Below, piece by piece: positions 30,400 to 41,277 of a stretch of 64,000 nt of DNA. A model generated the notes under the pieces. It searched no databases and was not told where the DNA came from. It saw only the letters and a program-made list of their open reading frames with translations. How positions within the stretch are numbered: the stretch's first letter is position 1; each line of letters opens with the position of its first letter. Location: positions 1 through 64,000 of the forward strand of contig CAWJBB010000034.1 in the NCBI GenBank assembly GCA_963840855.1, read 5' to 3'. The translations under genes and the position numbers were made by a program. The DNA is from an uncultured delta proteobacterium (GTDB lineage Bacteria > Desulfobacterota > Binatia > UBA9968).

Positions 30400-31182
30400 T
30401 CAACCTTTTTTCGGTTCATCCTTGCCTACGTAGCTCTGCCGGTAAGTTTGCAGCGTCTTGCCGCGCAGTTCGTAGAGAAACTGAATGATCCGTTCGTTGC
30501 TCATGAATTTCTCTTGTTCGTAGTGATCGTGATGGACGATTTCTTCCAGCGGACGGCGCACGCCTTCGGACGGCTGTACCGCGGGATAGCCGATGGGAAT
30601 AATCAGATATAACATCATCAAATCCGGCACCCCCAAGACTTTTTTGAACGGTTCCTGGACGTGAATCGTGACCCACTGGGTCGCCAGGCCGAGGGACACC
30701 GCCGCCAGATGCATGAATGTGCAAGTATTCGCCAATCCGTCAGTGAGATGAGATTGATCCCTGCCAAACGTGTGGGCGCCCTGCACCGTGCCCCACTGGC
30801 GCCGCCCGTCGCCGACGACGACGATCAGTGCCGGCGCTTCCGACCAGCCAGCGCCGCGCCGCTGCCGCTCCACCGCCTCGTCGGCAGTCATCTGGTAGGC
30901 TGGATGGCGCAACTCGAAGACCCGCTGCTGTTCCATCCAGTAAATGAAGTCGGTGTTGTCCTCTGAGTAGCAGCGGAATAGATCCTTTTTGACCTTCGGG
31001 TCTTTGACGACGATGTACTCCCAGGGCTGCGAGTTGGCGCCGGACATGGCCCAGCGGCCCGCTTCGAGAATCTTTTGAACATATTCATCGGGTATCGGAT
31101 CGGGTTTTAACTTCCGCACACTCGCCCGGCGGCGAATGATATCGTAAAGCAGATCGTAGTCCCGCGTCGGTTGCTCGTCCAT
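30400..31182 (-). CDS. Nitroreductase family flavoprotein
   Basis: RRASVR, WAMSGANSQPWE, HLAAVSLGL, IPIGYP. Confidence 0.9.
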   Translation of the reverse strand: MDEQPTRDYDLLYDIIRRRASVRKLKPDPIPDEYVQKILEAGRWAMSGANSQPWEYIVVKDPKVKKDLFRCYSEDNTDFIYWMEQQRVFELRHPAYQMTADEAVERQRRGAGWSEAPALIVVVGDGRRQWGTVQGAHTFGRDQSHLTDGLANTCTFMHLAAVSLGLATQWVTIHVQEPFKKVLGVPDLMMLYLIIPIGYPAVQPSEGVRRPLEEIVHHDHYEQEKFMSNERIIQFLYELRGKTLQTYRQSYVGKDEPKKG

Positions 31183-31282
31183 GAAGACCTCCAGAATCTA
31201 AATCAAATATCATTTCGTAATTACTTGCGGCAAGTTTCTAGTTTTGAATTTCCAGCTAACGCGAGACTCTGGACCCTAGACT

Positions 31283-33328
31283 CTAGACCGCAACACCGCC
31301 CACCTCGATCACCAGATGCCCAAACTCATTTACCCGCATCTTGTCGCCCGGATAGACGAGGATCGTCGCGCCGATATCTTCGATGACCGCCGGACCGTCC
31401 AAATTATCCCCGCTTTTGAATCCGCTGCGCAAAAAGATCGGCGTTTCGACCGGCGTGAGGTCAAAAATCACCGCCCGTTTACCGCGCTGCCCGCGGTCGC
31501 TTTCCTGGCATGACGAAACTATGGGTAAGCGGGTATCGCTCTTGCCAAGCGCCGAGAGCCGCAGGTTGACCATCATGACGGGCTCCTTGGGCGCCGAGTG
31601 ACCATAGTGCGCTTGATGTAGCTCATCGAAACGAGCGCGAATCGCGCCGAAGTCGGTGAGCCGGCGCAAATCCTCGGTTATCGGTACGGGCAGCGTGTAT
31701 TCTTGGCCGCGGTAACGCATGTCGAGAAACCGCCTGAGCGCCATTTGTTCCGGCTTGCTTCCCTCCTCGGCCAGTGTCTCCGTCGCCGATTCTTCCAGAA
31801 CCGCGAAGGCTTCGGCGATCTCGGCTCCCGAGGTCTCCGCCAGCTCGCGCACGTAGGTCCGCACGTAATCATGCTTGAGATCGGCGAGTAGCATGCCGAA
31901 CGCCGAGAAATGCGCCGGCATCGGCGGAATGATGACGCGCGGGACAGAGAGTTCACGAGCGATGGCCATCGCGTGCAACGCGCCCCCACCACCGCTCGGC
32001 ACGAGCGCGCAATCGCGCGGGTCGTAGCCTTTTTCGACCGAAACGGCGCGCACCGAGAGCGACATATTGAAGTTGGCGATAGTCAAAATACCCAGCGCCG
32101 CTTCTTCGAGCGACATCCCGAGTGGCCAGGCAATTTTATTCGTAATGGCGGCCGCGGCTTTGTCGCGCTGCAAGCGTATGCCGCTACCGAGAAAATATTC
32201 GGGATCGATGCGCCCGACAATCAAATTCGCGTCGGTAACCGTGGGGTCGCTGCCGCCTTTGCCGTAGCAAGCTGGACCCGGCGCCGCCCCGGCGCTCTGC
32301 GGCCCGATTTTCAAACCGCCCGCCGGATCGATCCAGGCGATGCTGCCACCTCCGTTGCCGACTTCGACAATATCGACGACCGGCAGCATCATTGGATGGC
32401 CGGTCACGTAGCCGCCAACGTAGTAGCTGCTGGTAACTTCCGGATGAAAATCCTTGATCAGACTCGATTTTGCCGTCGTCCCACCCATGTCGAAAGAAAT
32501 AATCTGGCGGCAATTCAGCGATTCGCCCAGACACGCAGCCGCAATCACCCCCGCCACGGGTCCGGACTCCATCATCGTCACCGGCATTTTTTTCGCCGTC
32601 TCCGCCGACATCACACCGCCGTTGGATTGCATCACGCGAAATGTGCCGCGAAAGCCGCCGTCACCGAGCATTTTTTCCAACGATAGCAGATAACGGCTGA
32701 CTAAGGGACCGACGTAGGAGTTCAGCGCCGTCGTCGAGGTGCGCTCGTATTCGCGGAATTCGCGGAGAATTTCGTGCGAGAGCGAGACATACGCTTGGGG
32801 AAATTGCTCGCGCAGCAGTTCGCCCAACCGTTTTTCGTGTATCGGATTGGCGTAGGAGTGCAGCAAACAGACGGCGATACTTTCCACGTCCGCGGCTTTG
32901 AGCGCCGCAATGGTTGAAGCCGCGGATTGTTCATCAAGCCGCGTAAGCACCTCGCCCGTGGCATAAAGCCGCTCGTCAACTTCCAGTCGCAGGTCCCGCG
33001 GCACCAGCGGCACGGGCCGTTTGAAGAATAGGTTATAACCTTCGGGACGGTTGCCGCGGCCGATCTCATATACGTCGCGAAAGCCTTTGGTCGTGATCAG
33101 ACCCGTCTTGGCTCCCTTGCGCTCCAGCACCGCGTTGATCGTCACCGTCGAACCATGCACGAAGAAGCCAGCGCCGGCGACATCGATCTTTGCGTGGCTC
33201 AGACAATCCTCGATACCGCGCGCCAGATCGTCCGGCGTCGTCAACGACTTGCTGCGATACACCTGGCCGTTATCGTCGACGGCGACGAGATCAGTAAACG
33301 TTCCACCTATATCAACGGCGATTCTCAT
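31283..33328 (-). CDS. Hydantoinase A/5-oxoprolinase ATP-binding subunit
   Basis: DIGGTFTD, HGST, EYERTST, ESGPVAG, DMGGTT, SAGAAPGPACY, DMRYRGQ. Confidence 0.93.
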   Translation of the reverse strand: MRIAVDIGGTFTDLVAVDDNGQVYRSKSLTTPDDLARGIEDCLSHAKIDVAGAGFFVHGSTVTINAVLERKGAKTGLITTKGFRDVYEIGRGNRPEGYNLFFKRPVPLVPRDLRLEVDERLYATGEVLTRLDEQSAASTIAALKAADVESIAVCLLHSYANPIHEKRLGELLREQFPQAYVSLSHEILREFREYERTSTTALNSYVGPLVSRYLLSLEKMLGDGGFRGTFRVMQSNGGVMSAETAKKMPVTMMESGPVAGVIAAACLGESLNCRQIISFDMGGTTAKSSLIKDFHPEVTSSYYVGGYVTGHPMMLPVVDIVEVGNGGGSIAWIDPAGGLKIGPQSAGAAPGPACYGKGGSDPTVTDANLIVGRIDPEYFLGSGIRLQRDKAAAAITNKIAWPLGMSLEEAALGILTIANFNMSLSVRAVSVEKGYDPRDCALVPSGGGGALHAMAIARELSVPRVIIPPMPAHFSAFGMLLADLKHDYVRTYVRELAETSGAEIAEAFAVLEESATETLAEEGSKPEQMALRRFLDMRYRGQEYTLPVPITEDLRRLTDFGAIRARFDELHQAHYGHSAPKEPVMMVNLRLSALGKSDTRLPIVSSCQESDRGQRGKRAVIFDLTPVETPIFLRSGFKSGDNLDGPAVIEDIGATILVYPGDKMRVNEFGHLVIEVGGVAV

Positions 33329-33379
33329 GGAGCCTTTCGATCTGCTGTAAAAATTTCTCGGCGGGCCCTCCGATCCGAT

Positions 33380-33432
33380 CCCCTCGCCCACGAATGTGGG
33401 AGAGGGCTAACCCTTCTCCCAAAGGGAGAAGG
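33380..33432. repeat. Palindromic REP-like element
   Basis: CCCTCGCCCAC..GTGGGAGAGGG and CCTTCTCCC..GGGAGAAGG hairpins. Confidence 0.55.
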
Positions 33433-33471
33433 AACAGATGCGAAGGCTCGCCAAACAGGCAAACTCAAATC

Positions 33472-34632
33472 TTAACCGCCCACCAACGTCCTTGCCCCGC
33501 CCGCCGTCACTTGAAAACTGTCGCCGAACAAAACAATCTTCCCTTCGGTCTCGATGGTCACGCGCAACGCCAGCGTCATGTCCTCGTTGAGCGTCGTCGC
33601 GCCGACGGACGAAGCACCCACTTCGCGTGCGTCGCTCTCACTCAAAAACGGCGCTTCCCATTGATTGAGGCCGATGCCATTGGCGAGACCGTACAGTGAA
33701 GCCGTCGCATAGAACTCACCGAGCGCTTTACGTGCGGTCTCATCGATCGCCGCCACCGCGCCATTGGGTTTCAATTGTTGCGCCATCGCCGCGACGATCT
33801 CTTGCGCTTTGCCGTACGCGCTCTGCACCTTCGCGTCATTCGCGAGAAAATACGTCCGCCCGGCCTCGGCCCAATAGCGTTCATGCTGGACCGCAAAATA
33901 AACCGCCCAATGGGCGCCAACGCTCGCCGCTTGCTTGAAACTCGGCGGATTCAGCCGTTTTTCGCCGGCAAGGATGCGAATATCCTCGGCGCCTTTATCG
34001 CGCGCCAAGCGATCGATATCGGCGACGATTTCATATTCTTTCCGCCCCGGCTTGATCACGGCCGCGGCATCTTGGCAAATCTCTCTGAGCAATCGGCCCG
34101 CCTCGCCCATGGCGGCAAGCTCGCGCGCGGTTTTGCGCAACCGGATCGGCTGAAACAGTGAATGGAGATTCTGCCAAGTGACTTGCGGTAGCGCGCTTTT
34201 CATCTCTTCCAATTGCGGCAGGGGAAACCCCTGGCCGGAATCCACCAGTCCCAAGCGCGCGTTTTCGAAACCTCTTTCCTTTAACAGCTTTGCGCCGTCG
34301 GCGCCGACCTGATTGGACGCGCGCACGTCTTCGATCCACGTGAGGGTCTTGGCGAACGGCACGTCGCGGCTGCCGATGTTGAGCAGCATTGATATCGCGC
34401 CGTCGCGCGGCACCACGGCGATGCCGCCGCGAACTTTCGGGAAATAGTTCGTCAGGTAACAAAGATCGGCAAAGGAATAGTTGTCACCGTAAATCACCAA
34501 GGCGTCCAGGTTAAGCCGCGCCATCTCCCGACGCACGGCCTCGAGCCTCGACTGAAATTCCTCCCGCGGCGCAAGCTGGAGGTCCCAAGTAGAACACCCA
34601 CGTTTCAATACCGAATGTCTTCCGAAAATCAT
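33472..34632 (-). CDS. M24 (creatinase/aminopeptidase P)-fold protein lacking metal ligands
   Basis: Creatinase_N start (LDALVIYG..YLTN), RLRKT..EL, ANGIGL replacing GHGIG. Confidence 0.8.
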   Translation of the reverse strand: MIFGRHSVLKRGCSTWDLQLAPREEFQSRLEAVRREMARLNLDALVIYGDNYSFADLCYLTNYFPKVRGGIAVVPRDGAISMLLNIGSRDVPFAKTLTWIEDVRASNQVGADGAKLLKERGFENARLGLVDSGQGFPLPQLEEMKSALPQVTWQNLHSLFQPIRLRKTARELAAMGEAGRLLREICQDAAAVIKPGRKEYEIVADIDRLARDKGAEDIRILAGEKRLNPPSFKQAASVGAHWAVYFAVQHERYWAEAGRTYFLANDAKVQSAYGKAQEIVAAMAQQLKPNGAVAAIDETARKALGEFYATASLYGLANGIGLNQWEAPFLSESDAREVGASSVGATTLNEDMTLALRVTIETEGKIVLFGDSFQVTAGGARTLVGG

Positions 34633-34665
34633 CTCGACCTCATCAAGTGCGAATCCGAATCACGA

Positions 34666-34700
34666 TTTGAACTTTTTGAACGGCTTGAACGATTGGAACG
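34666..34700. repeat. Nonamer (TTGAAC...) repeat
   Basis: TTGAACTTTTTGAACGGCTTGAACGATTGGAAC. Confidence 0.65.
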
Positions 34701-34703
34701 CGT

Positions 34704-35819
34704 TCAATCTTTAATATAGATATCCCACGAAGACTTCATCAGCGACTCCGCCTTGCTCTTCCCCATCACCACCGTATCGCCCAGCGTCAAATAGCCGGTC
34801 TCCGGCAAATATTGATTGGGATGAATGATGAAAGTCATTCCTTCTTCCAATTTAGTTTTGTTCTCGTCTTCCAAACTTCCCGGCGCGAAGGATCCGCAGC
34901 CAAGGCCGTGGCCGCGGACGCGCATGAACGGCGGCCGGCAATATTGTTCGTAGCCATACTCGATAAACGTCCCATTAATCGCCTTGGCAACCGCGCTCGC
35001 CGGCGCGCCGGTCTGCGCCGCCGCCATACCCAGTCCCATCGCCTTGTGTAGGATCGCGTACTTCTCGCGCACCACCGGCGGCGGCTCGCCCAACACGACG
35101 GTGCGGCAAATCTGTACAAACAGACCACCGATGCAGGGCGTGATCTCGCCGATGATGATGTCGCCGGGCTGTACAACGCGGTCGGTGGCGGGATGCAGCG
35201 CTTGATTGTGGCTGTTGGCGACCACCATGCCGAAATTATCCTCGGCGCCGAGCGAGCGCATGCGATGCTCGACAATGGCCGCCAGCTCGTATTCTTTCAA
35301 GCCAGGCCGCGCGTCTTCGTGCAGCGCGGTTACACCGGCATCGGCGATCGCCGCGGCGCGCCGCAATCTTTCTAACTCGAAAGGAATTTTGCAGCGCGCC
35401 ATGTTTTCAATGATGTCCTTGGCGTTTGCTGGAGTTTGCTTGAGCGACCGAACGATCTCATCGTGCAAATCGACATGAATCGCTTCGCGGCCGATGAGTC
35501 CGACCTTGCCGGAAATACTCGGCAAACGTGACCACAATTCTTTGAACGACTTGATGTTCTGGACGAAGGATTCTTCGCGCGCGCGCGGGATATCCCACGC
35601 CGGCGCCAGATAAAGCACCGGATCATCTTCGAGGGGCACCACGAGCATGGTTTCCGGGCCGACGCTGATGAAGTCGGTGAGATAGCCGACGTAGTTCATG
35701 CGCAGGAAGTTATGCCGGCCGGAATCATAAACCAGCAAGGCTTGCAATCCCTGATCGCGCATCGCCTCACGCACCTGGGTCAACCGTTTTTCGAATTCCG
35801 CTCGTTCATCCATAGTCAC
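34704..35819 (-). CDS. M24 (creatinase-like) family protein
   Basis: YLTDF, K..FELE, QICRT, GHGLG, IHPN, LGDT. Confidence 0.85.
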   Translation of the reverse strand: MTMDERAEFEKRLTQVREAMRDQGLQALLVYDSGRHNFLRMNYVGYLTDFISVGPETMLVVPLEDDPVLYLAPAWDIPRAREESFVQNIKSFKELWSRLPSISGKVGLIGREAIHVDLHDEIVRSLKQTPANAKDIIENMARCKIPFELERLRRAAAIADAGVTALHEDARPGLKEYELAAIVEHRMRSLGAEDNFGMVVANSHNQALHPATDRVVQPGDIIIGEITPCIGGLFVQICRTVVLGEPPPVVREKYAILHKAMGLGMAAAQTGAPASAVAKAINGTFIEYGYEQYCRPPFMRVRGHGLGCGSFAPGSLEDENKTKLEEGMTFIIHPNQYLPETGYLTLGDTVVMGKSKAESLMKSSWDIYIKD

Positions 35820-35985
35820 CTCGTAAATCTCGCCGCTATTCTCATTACGTCAACGTCTCTAATCAGCTTGAAGAAGGTAGCAAAGTTATCCCCTCTCCAC
35901 CACGGCTCCTTCGAAAATTTGGGTGGGGTGGAGGAACTATTGCCATTAGATTTGGCGTAAGTTGCGTAAACATTACAATACGAGC

Positions 35986-36084
35986 CCGTCGTTCCGGCAT
36001 GGACTGCCGGAACCCAGGTTCACATGGATGTGTCCGGACGCATCCTGCGGGCCTGGATGCCGGCAATCCCTGCCGGCATGACGG
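35986..36084. repeat. GTC(G/A)T...ATGAC-type palindromic repeat
   Basis: CCGTCGTTCCGGCATGGACTGCCGGAACCCAG ... CTGGATGCCGGCAATCCCTGCCGGCATGACGG. Confidence 0.65.
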
Positions 36085-36280
36085 AGGCTGCCCCGTCGAA
36101 CCTTGGCGTTGGCGTGGAGGGATGTACCTCCTTTTTCATGCTCTGTGGACGAGCGTGTAACGCCCATGAATCACTTCGTGGGGGCTAGGGTGAGAGGTCT
36201 CTACTCGCGACTGTGATAACGAAAGCAACAATTCCCACCAATTTTCGTCAGCGGGGCTGCTTTTAGATTGTCGGACGCGT

Positions 36281-36339
36281 TAGGGGCCGACCTGCGTGTC
36301 GGCCCCTCCGAACGGGCGGACACATCGGTCCGCCCCTAC
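36281..36339. repeat. GTAG-type REP doublet
   Basis: TAGGGGCCGACC..GTCGGCCCC and GGGCGGAC..GTCCGCCCCTAC. Confidence 0.7.
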
Positions 36340-36362
36340 CGTTGCCTGTTGCCTCATCTCGC

Positions 36363-37356
36363 CTATTTAATCAGCCTACTCGCCCGGGCGAGCACCTCCG
36401 GCGGAATCGTCAGGCCGATTTGCTTCGCGGTCTTGAGATTGATCACCAACTCGAATTTCGTCGGTTGCTCCACCGGCAGATCGGCAGGCTTGGCTCCCTT
36501 CAGGATTCTGTCCACGTAATATGCGACGCGCCGGTAGCTGTCCGCGAGGTCCGCCCCGTAGTACATGAGCCCGCCGGCATCTACAGCTTCTCTGTTGCTG
36601 TACATCGACGGTAACCGGCTCTTTAACGCAAAGCCGACAATCCGTTTTTGGTTAACATTCATTAGCGGGCCCGAGGGCACATAGAGTCCATCCGGGCGCT
36701 GCTTGTTTAGCGCGGCGAATACCTTCTCGAAATCGTCCGCAGCTCGTACCTCCCAAGGCTGAAAAGTCAACCCCAGCGCACGCGCCGCGACTGGGAGAAC
36801 CTCTTTCACCTCGAGTACATTGGCCGGAGTGGCCGGATCGTAGAGAACCGCGACACGGGCAATTTTGGGAACGGCTTCTTTGAGCAGCTCCAGCCGCTTA
36901 CCGCCTAGTTCTCCGGAAAGGCTTGTAAGGCCGGTGACGTTGCCGCCGGGACGGGCAAGGCTTTCAACGAAGCCTGCCTCGACAGGATCGGCCCCAGGGC
37001 CCGTCATAACGATGGGAATCGTCTTGGTCGCATTCTTGGCCGCCTGGATCCACCTGGTCCCTCCTGCTGCCACGATGATATCAACCTTGAGACGCACCAG
37101 CTCGGCCGCAAGCTCAGGGAGCCGATCGAGCTTCCCCTCCGCATATCGGTACTCGATGGCGATGTTCTGTCCTTCTATGTAGCCAAGCTCGCGCAGAGCC
37201 AGCCGAATTGCCTCGGCACGGGTGGACTCACGTAGCTGGATCGACCGACGATAGATACCCTATCCGAGGGACCTTCTTCGGCTGCTGGGCGGCGGCGATG
37301 GCACCATAGCCCACCAGTGCCAGCATAATTGCGACGAGCATAGCGATACGTTTCAT
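36363..37356 (-). pseudogene. ABC substrate-binding protein (ABC_sub_bind type), frameshift near 37231
   Basis: Signal + AQQPKKVPRIGYL in one frame; SLARPGGNVTG, KRLELLKE, ILKGAKPADLPVEQPTKF in the other. Confidence 0.85.
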
Positions 37357-37642
37357 AGATCTCCTCAGCAAGCGGCGATTTCCGAGTGTTTTGAGAAAGA
37401 ACGTGAAACAGGTCTCCAATTCGATTCTTCCTCCTGATTGCTCGGCCATCATCACGGATGGATGACAAGTCGCAGAGTATCCGACGACGCGCTTTTGGGT
37501 CAAGCTTAAATCAAACTTGGGTAGCAAACTCCGGTTGAGGTTTTTAAATCGCCGTGCGATTGACACGATGCGCTAGCGAGGGATACTGTCTGCGCCAAAA
37601 AACGTAGACGTAAAAGCACCGTGTTTATCAGAGAGCGTAGAA

Positions 37643-37945
37643 TTGGCAAAGAGAATCCTTTATTCTGATCACCTGAAACTACGGATGAGTCTGCGAAGGA
37701 TACCCAGACCTCTGCCGCGGAGTATCTACCGACGTGCAAAAGAAGTATTTTATGATCACACAACGGGGCACCTTGTAGCCGTAGCTCGTTCCCGTTACGG
37801 CGGCAGATTGCGTGAGATGATGGTCGCTTATTCAGAAATAAAGGACGAAGTTAATTTGATTACTGTGCATCCATTGAAGCCTCGGCAAAAAACGAACAGG
37901 ATTGCGTCAGGGAGATGGATTCCTCATGAAAGAGAAAAAAAATAA
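37643..37945 (+). CDS. DUF4258-like putative RelE/BrnT-fold toxin
   Basis: YSDHLKLRM..RRI N-terminus, LITVH C-terminus; overlaps a DUF2283 gene. Confidence 0.6.
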   Translation: MAKRILYSDHLKLRMSLRRIPRPLPRSIYRRAKEVFYDHTTGHLVAVARSRYGGRLREMMVAYSEIKDEVNLITVHPLKPRQKTNRIASGRWIPHEREKK

Positions 37946-38151
37946 ACCCCTAGTTAGATACGATCCGTCAAGCGACGTGTTGTATATCGCGACCCGAAAG
38001 GGCGTAGAGGAAGAATTTACCGAGGTCGCTCCAGGGGTCAACGTGGAGATGGATGATGAGGGGCAATGTCCTGGGCGTTGAGATACTGAGGGCGTCGCAC
38101 ACTCTAAAGAGTTTTCTAAAATCGTTAGGCAAAAAACGCGCTGCGGCCTAA
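37926..38151 (+). pseudogene. DUF2283 protein (putative antitoxin), +1 frameshift in the G4 run at 38060-38063
   Basis: YDPSSDVLYI..EVAPGVNVEMDDEG then, in the shifted frame, NVLGVEILRAS; not in the ORF track. Confidence 0.75.
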
Positions 38152-38183
38152 TGATCGGCACGCAAAGGGCAGCGGATATCCAG

Positions 38184-39172
38184 TCATCTGATCACCTTAT
38201 TCGCCCGATGCAAGCACCCGGCGGAATCGTCAGGCCGATCTGCTTCGCCGTCTTGAGATTGATCACCAACTCGAACTTCGTCGGTTGCTCCACCGGGAGA
38301 TCGGCAGGCTTGGCTCCCTTCAGGATTCTGTCCACGAAATATGCGACGCGCCGGTAGCTGTCCGCGAGGTCCGCCCCATAGTACATGAGCCCGCCGGCCT
38401 CTACAGCTTCTCTGTAAAAATACATCGACGGTAACCGGCTCTTTAAGGCAAAGCGCACAATCCGTTTTTCGTTATCACGCATTAGCGGGCCCGAGGGCAC
38501 ATAGAGTCCATTCGGGCGCTGCTTATTCAGCGCGGCAAATATCCTCTCGAAATCGCCCGCATCTCGTACCTCCCAAGGTTCAATAGTCAACCGCAACGCA
38601 CGCGCCGCGACCGGGAGAACCTGTTTCACCTCGAGTACACTGGACGGAGTGGTCGGAACGTAGAGAACCGCGACGCGGGCAACTTTGGGAACGGCTTCTT
38701 TGAGCACCTCCAGCCGCTTACCGCCTAGTTCTCCGGAAAGGCTTGTAAGGCCGGTGACGTTGCCGCCGGGACGAGCAAGGCTTTCAATCAGTCCTGCCTC
38801 GACAGGATCGGCCCCAAGACCTGTCATAAGGATGGGAATTGTCTTGGTCGCTTTCTTAGCCGCCCGGAGCATCTCGGACCCTCCTGCTGCCACGATGATG
38901 TCAACGTTGAGACGCACCAGCTCGGCCGCTAGCCCAGGATAGCGATCGGGCTTCCCCTCCGCATAGCGGTACTCGATGGCGATGTGCTGTCCTTCTATAT
39001 AGCCAGCTCGTGCAGAGCCAGCCGAATTCCTTCGGAACGGGCGGACTCAAGAGCTGGATCGACGTTCGATAGATACCCTAACCTAGGGACTTTCTTCGGC
39101 TGCTGCGCGACGGCGGTAAAGCTATGAGCCAAGAGCAGAGCGCATAGCGCCAGTCCAATGATTTTTTTGCAT
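38184..39172 (-). pseudogene. Second ABC_sub_bind paralog with several indels (about 39165, 39003, 38215)
   Basis: Near-duplicate of 36363-37356 at DNA level; reading frame broken at the A7 run after ATG, mid-gene and at the C-terminus. Confidence 0.85.
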
Positions 39173-39193
39173 GGGGTTGGCCTCACCCTAGGT

Positions 39194-39369
39194 CTAGTGT
39201 CCTGTCTCACAAATTCGTTCAATAGTTCGCTCGCCTCTCCACCGTCATGCCCGCGGAAGCGGGCACCCAGACGTCTTCGAATTTCCTGGATTCCGGGTCG
39301 CGCTAGCTATCGCCAGCTTGCCCGGAATGACGATTGAGTTATATTGCGAACTTCTTGGATACCACTTAG
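39194..39369. mobile_element. 176-bp CTAG-ended MITE-like element, copy 2
   Basis: CTAGTGTCCTGTC ... core identical to copy 1 ... CCACTTAG. Confidence 0.75.
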
Positions 39370-39482
39370 TCCTCCCGCGTCCACCAAAGGCGGAGCAGCC
39401 TCAGGCTGAAGCCGCCGCGGGAGATTAGTTGCTTCTATTCAAGACTTCCTAGATAGATTCAAGCCACGCTATGAAATAACCT

Positions 39483-41142
39483 CTATCGACCACTCGTCGC
39501 CGACGCATATCCCAAACGCGAGTCCCGCTCAATTAAATCGCCCGACCGCTCGGCCGGGGCGCCGTATCCACCACCGCCAGCGGTAAAAAAAGTTACACTG
39601 CCGCCAGCTTTTAGAGGATAATTCGGTTTCTTCGTCAGCCAGACTCCTGGATCGTCCTCCGACTGTTTCACCAACGCCTTGGCCTTTTCGCCGCACGCGC
39701 CGCCGAACAATCCCCATGGGGCAGTGCGCTGCCGCTCGACGTTGATATTGGTAGAGGCGTCGCACAGAACGCGCACCGACACTTCGATACCCAGACCGCC
39801 GCGAAATTTGCCCGCGCCACCGCTCCCTTCGCGCAACCGCTGGCGCTCGATCAGCACCGGATAGTAAATCTCTTGCAGCTCCACCGGCGCGTTTTGCACG
39901 TCGCCCTGGCACATGGACACTGTGGCGTTCTCGCCGTCTTCGTGTAGCCGCCCGCCCCAGCCTCCGCCCATGATCGTCTGGCAGAGAAATCTTCTTCCTG
40001 TGATTGGATTGACGCCGAAGAATGCGTAACCGCCCATATCGCCTTTGTGCCCCGCTGCCACTCGATCGGGCAGCGCCGGCGCCAACGCCTTGAGAATCAA
40101 ATCGATCACCGTCGGCAGCGTGCGTTTCCAGTTGCCCACCGGCGACGGGGGCGTGGCGCTGAGAATTTTTCCCTCGGGGATAACGACCTCCAACGCGCGA
40201 AAGCAGCCTTCATCGATCGGCGAATAGGGATCGACCAAGGATTTGAACGCAACCCGCGCCGCCGCCACCGCGCCCGACTTGCCGGAATTGATCGAGCCCG
40301 CCACTTGCTCGCTCATCTCGGAGAAGTCGATGGTCATGTCGCTGCCGGCGACTACTACTTTGACTTTCAGCGGCACCGGCCGGTCGAGATTGACGCCGTC
40401 GCTGTCGAACAGCGCCTCGGCTTCGTATTTGCCCGGTTTGATGCGTGCGACTTGTTCACGCGCCAGTGCTCTCGGATTGATGCCAAATCGTTTTCACGCA
40501 TTGTAAGAAAACCTCGAGTCCGTAACGTTTCACCAGCGCGCCGAGGCCGCGGTCGCCGACGCGGCACGCGGCAATTTGCGCGCGCAAATCGCCGAGACAG
40601 GATTCGGCGAAACGCACATTGTCGGTGATAATTTGCAAAATATCTTGATTGGGCTGCTCGCCGCGGTAGAGTTTCAGCGAACGAAACTGCAAGCCTTCTT
40701 CGTAAATTTCGCGTGTGCCGCTAAAGCCGAAGCCAACCCGCGTGCCGCCGATGTCGATCCAGTGCGCGCGCACGGCGAGAAAAGCCACCAACTCGCCTCG
40801 ATGAAAGAAGGGCGTATAAACCACAACGTTGTTCAAATGCTGGCCGCAAACGTACGGATGGTTCATGATCAGCACGTCGCCGGGCTGAAAACCGTTCTTG
40901 CCGTGCATCCGCACGCCATCAACGATGGCCGGACCGAGATCAGCGAGAAAGATCGGCAGCGCGCCAAAATTTTGCGACAGAATGTTTCCTTCGGTATCGA
41001 CGATGCCGACGCAATAATCGCGCACCTCGTAGATCATCATGTTGTAAGAGGTTTTGCGCAGCACCGTGGCCATCTCGTTGGCGATATGCGCCAGGCCGGC
41101 GCGCACGACTTCGACGGTGATCGGATTGACGGTCGTCTTCAC
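39483..41142 (-). pseudogene. Second hydantoinase B/oxoprolinase subunit, one frameshift near 40470
   Basis: Close paralog of 28672-30354 (NHP..CGQHLNN, AHWIDIGG, HKGDMGGY, SMCQGDV). Confidence 0.85.
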
Positions 41143-41189
41143 TGCGTAAATCTTTCTCTTCGAATCGACTCGAATCAAGTCATTTTCTC

Positions 41190-41259
41190 CCGCCAAGGCG
41201 CCAAGGCGCAAAGTTAATACTTATTGACCTTCCTGACTTGGCGCCTTTGCGTCTTTGCG
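41190..41259. repeat. Octamer (CGCCAAGG/CGCAAAG) inverted-repeat element
   Basis: CGCCAAGGCGCCAAGGCGCAAAG ... CTTGGCGCCTTTGCGTCTTTGCG; also at 44998 and 52762. Confidence 0.7.
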
Positions 41260-41277
41260 GAGTCAGCTCTTCTCCGA

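Noticed and set aside
37228-37230. TGA in the ABC_sub_bind gene (and at 40456 in hyuB) as selenocysteine
   Set aside because: Homology continues in a different frame, so these are frameshifts; neither aligns to a Cys motif
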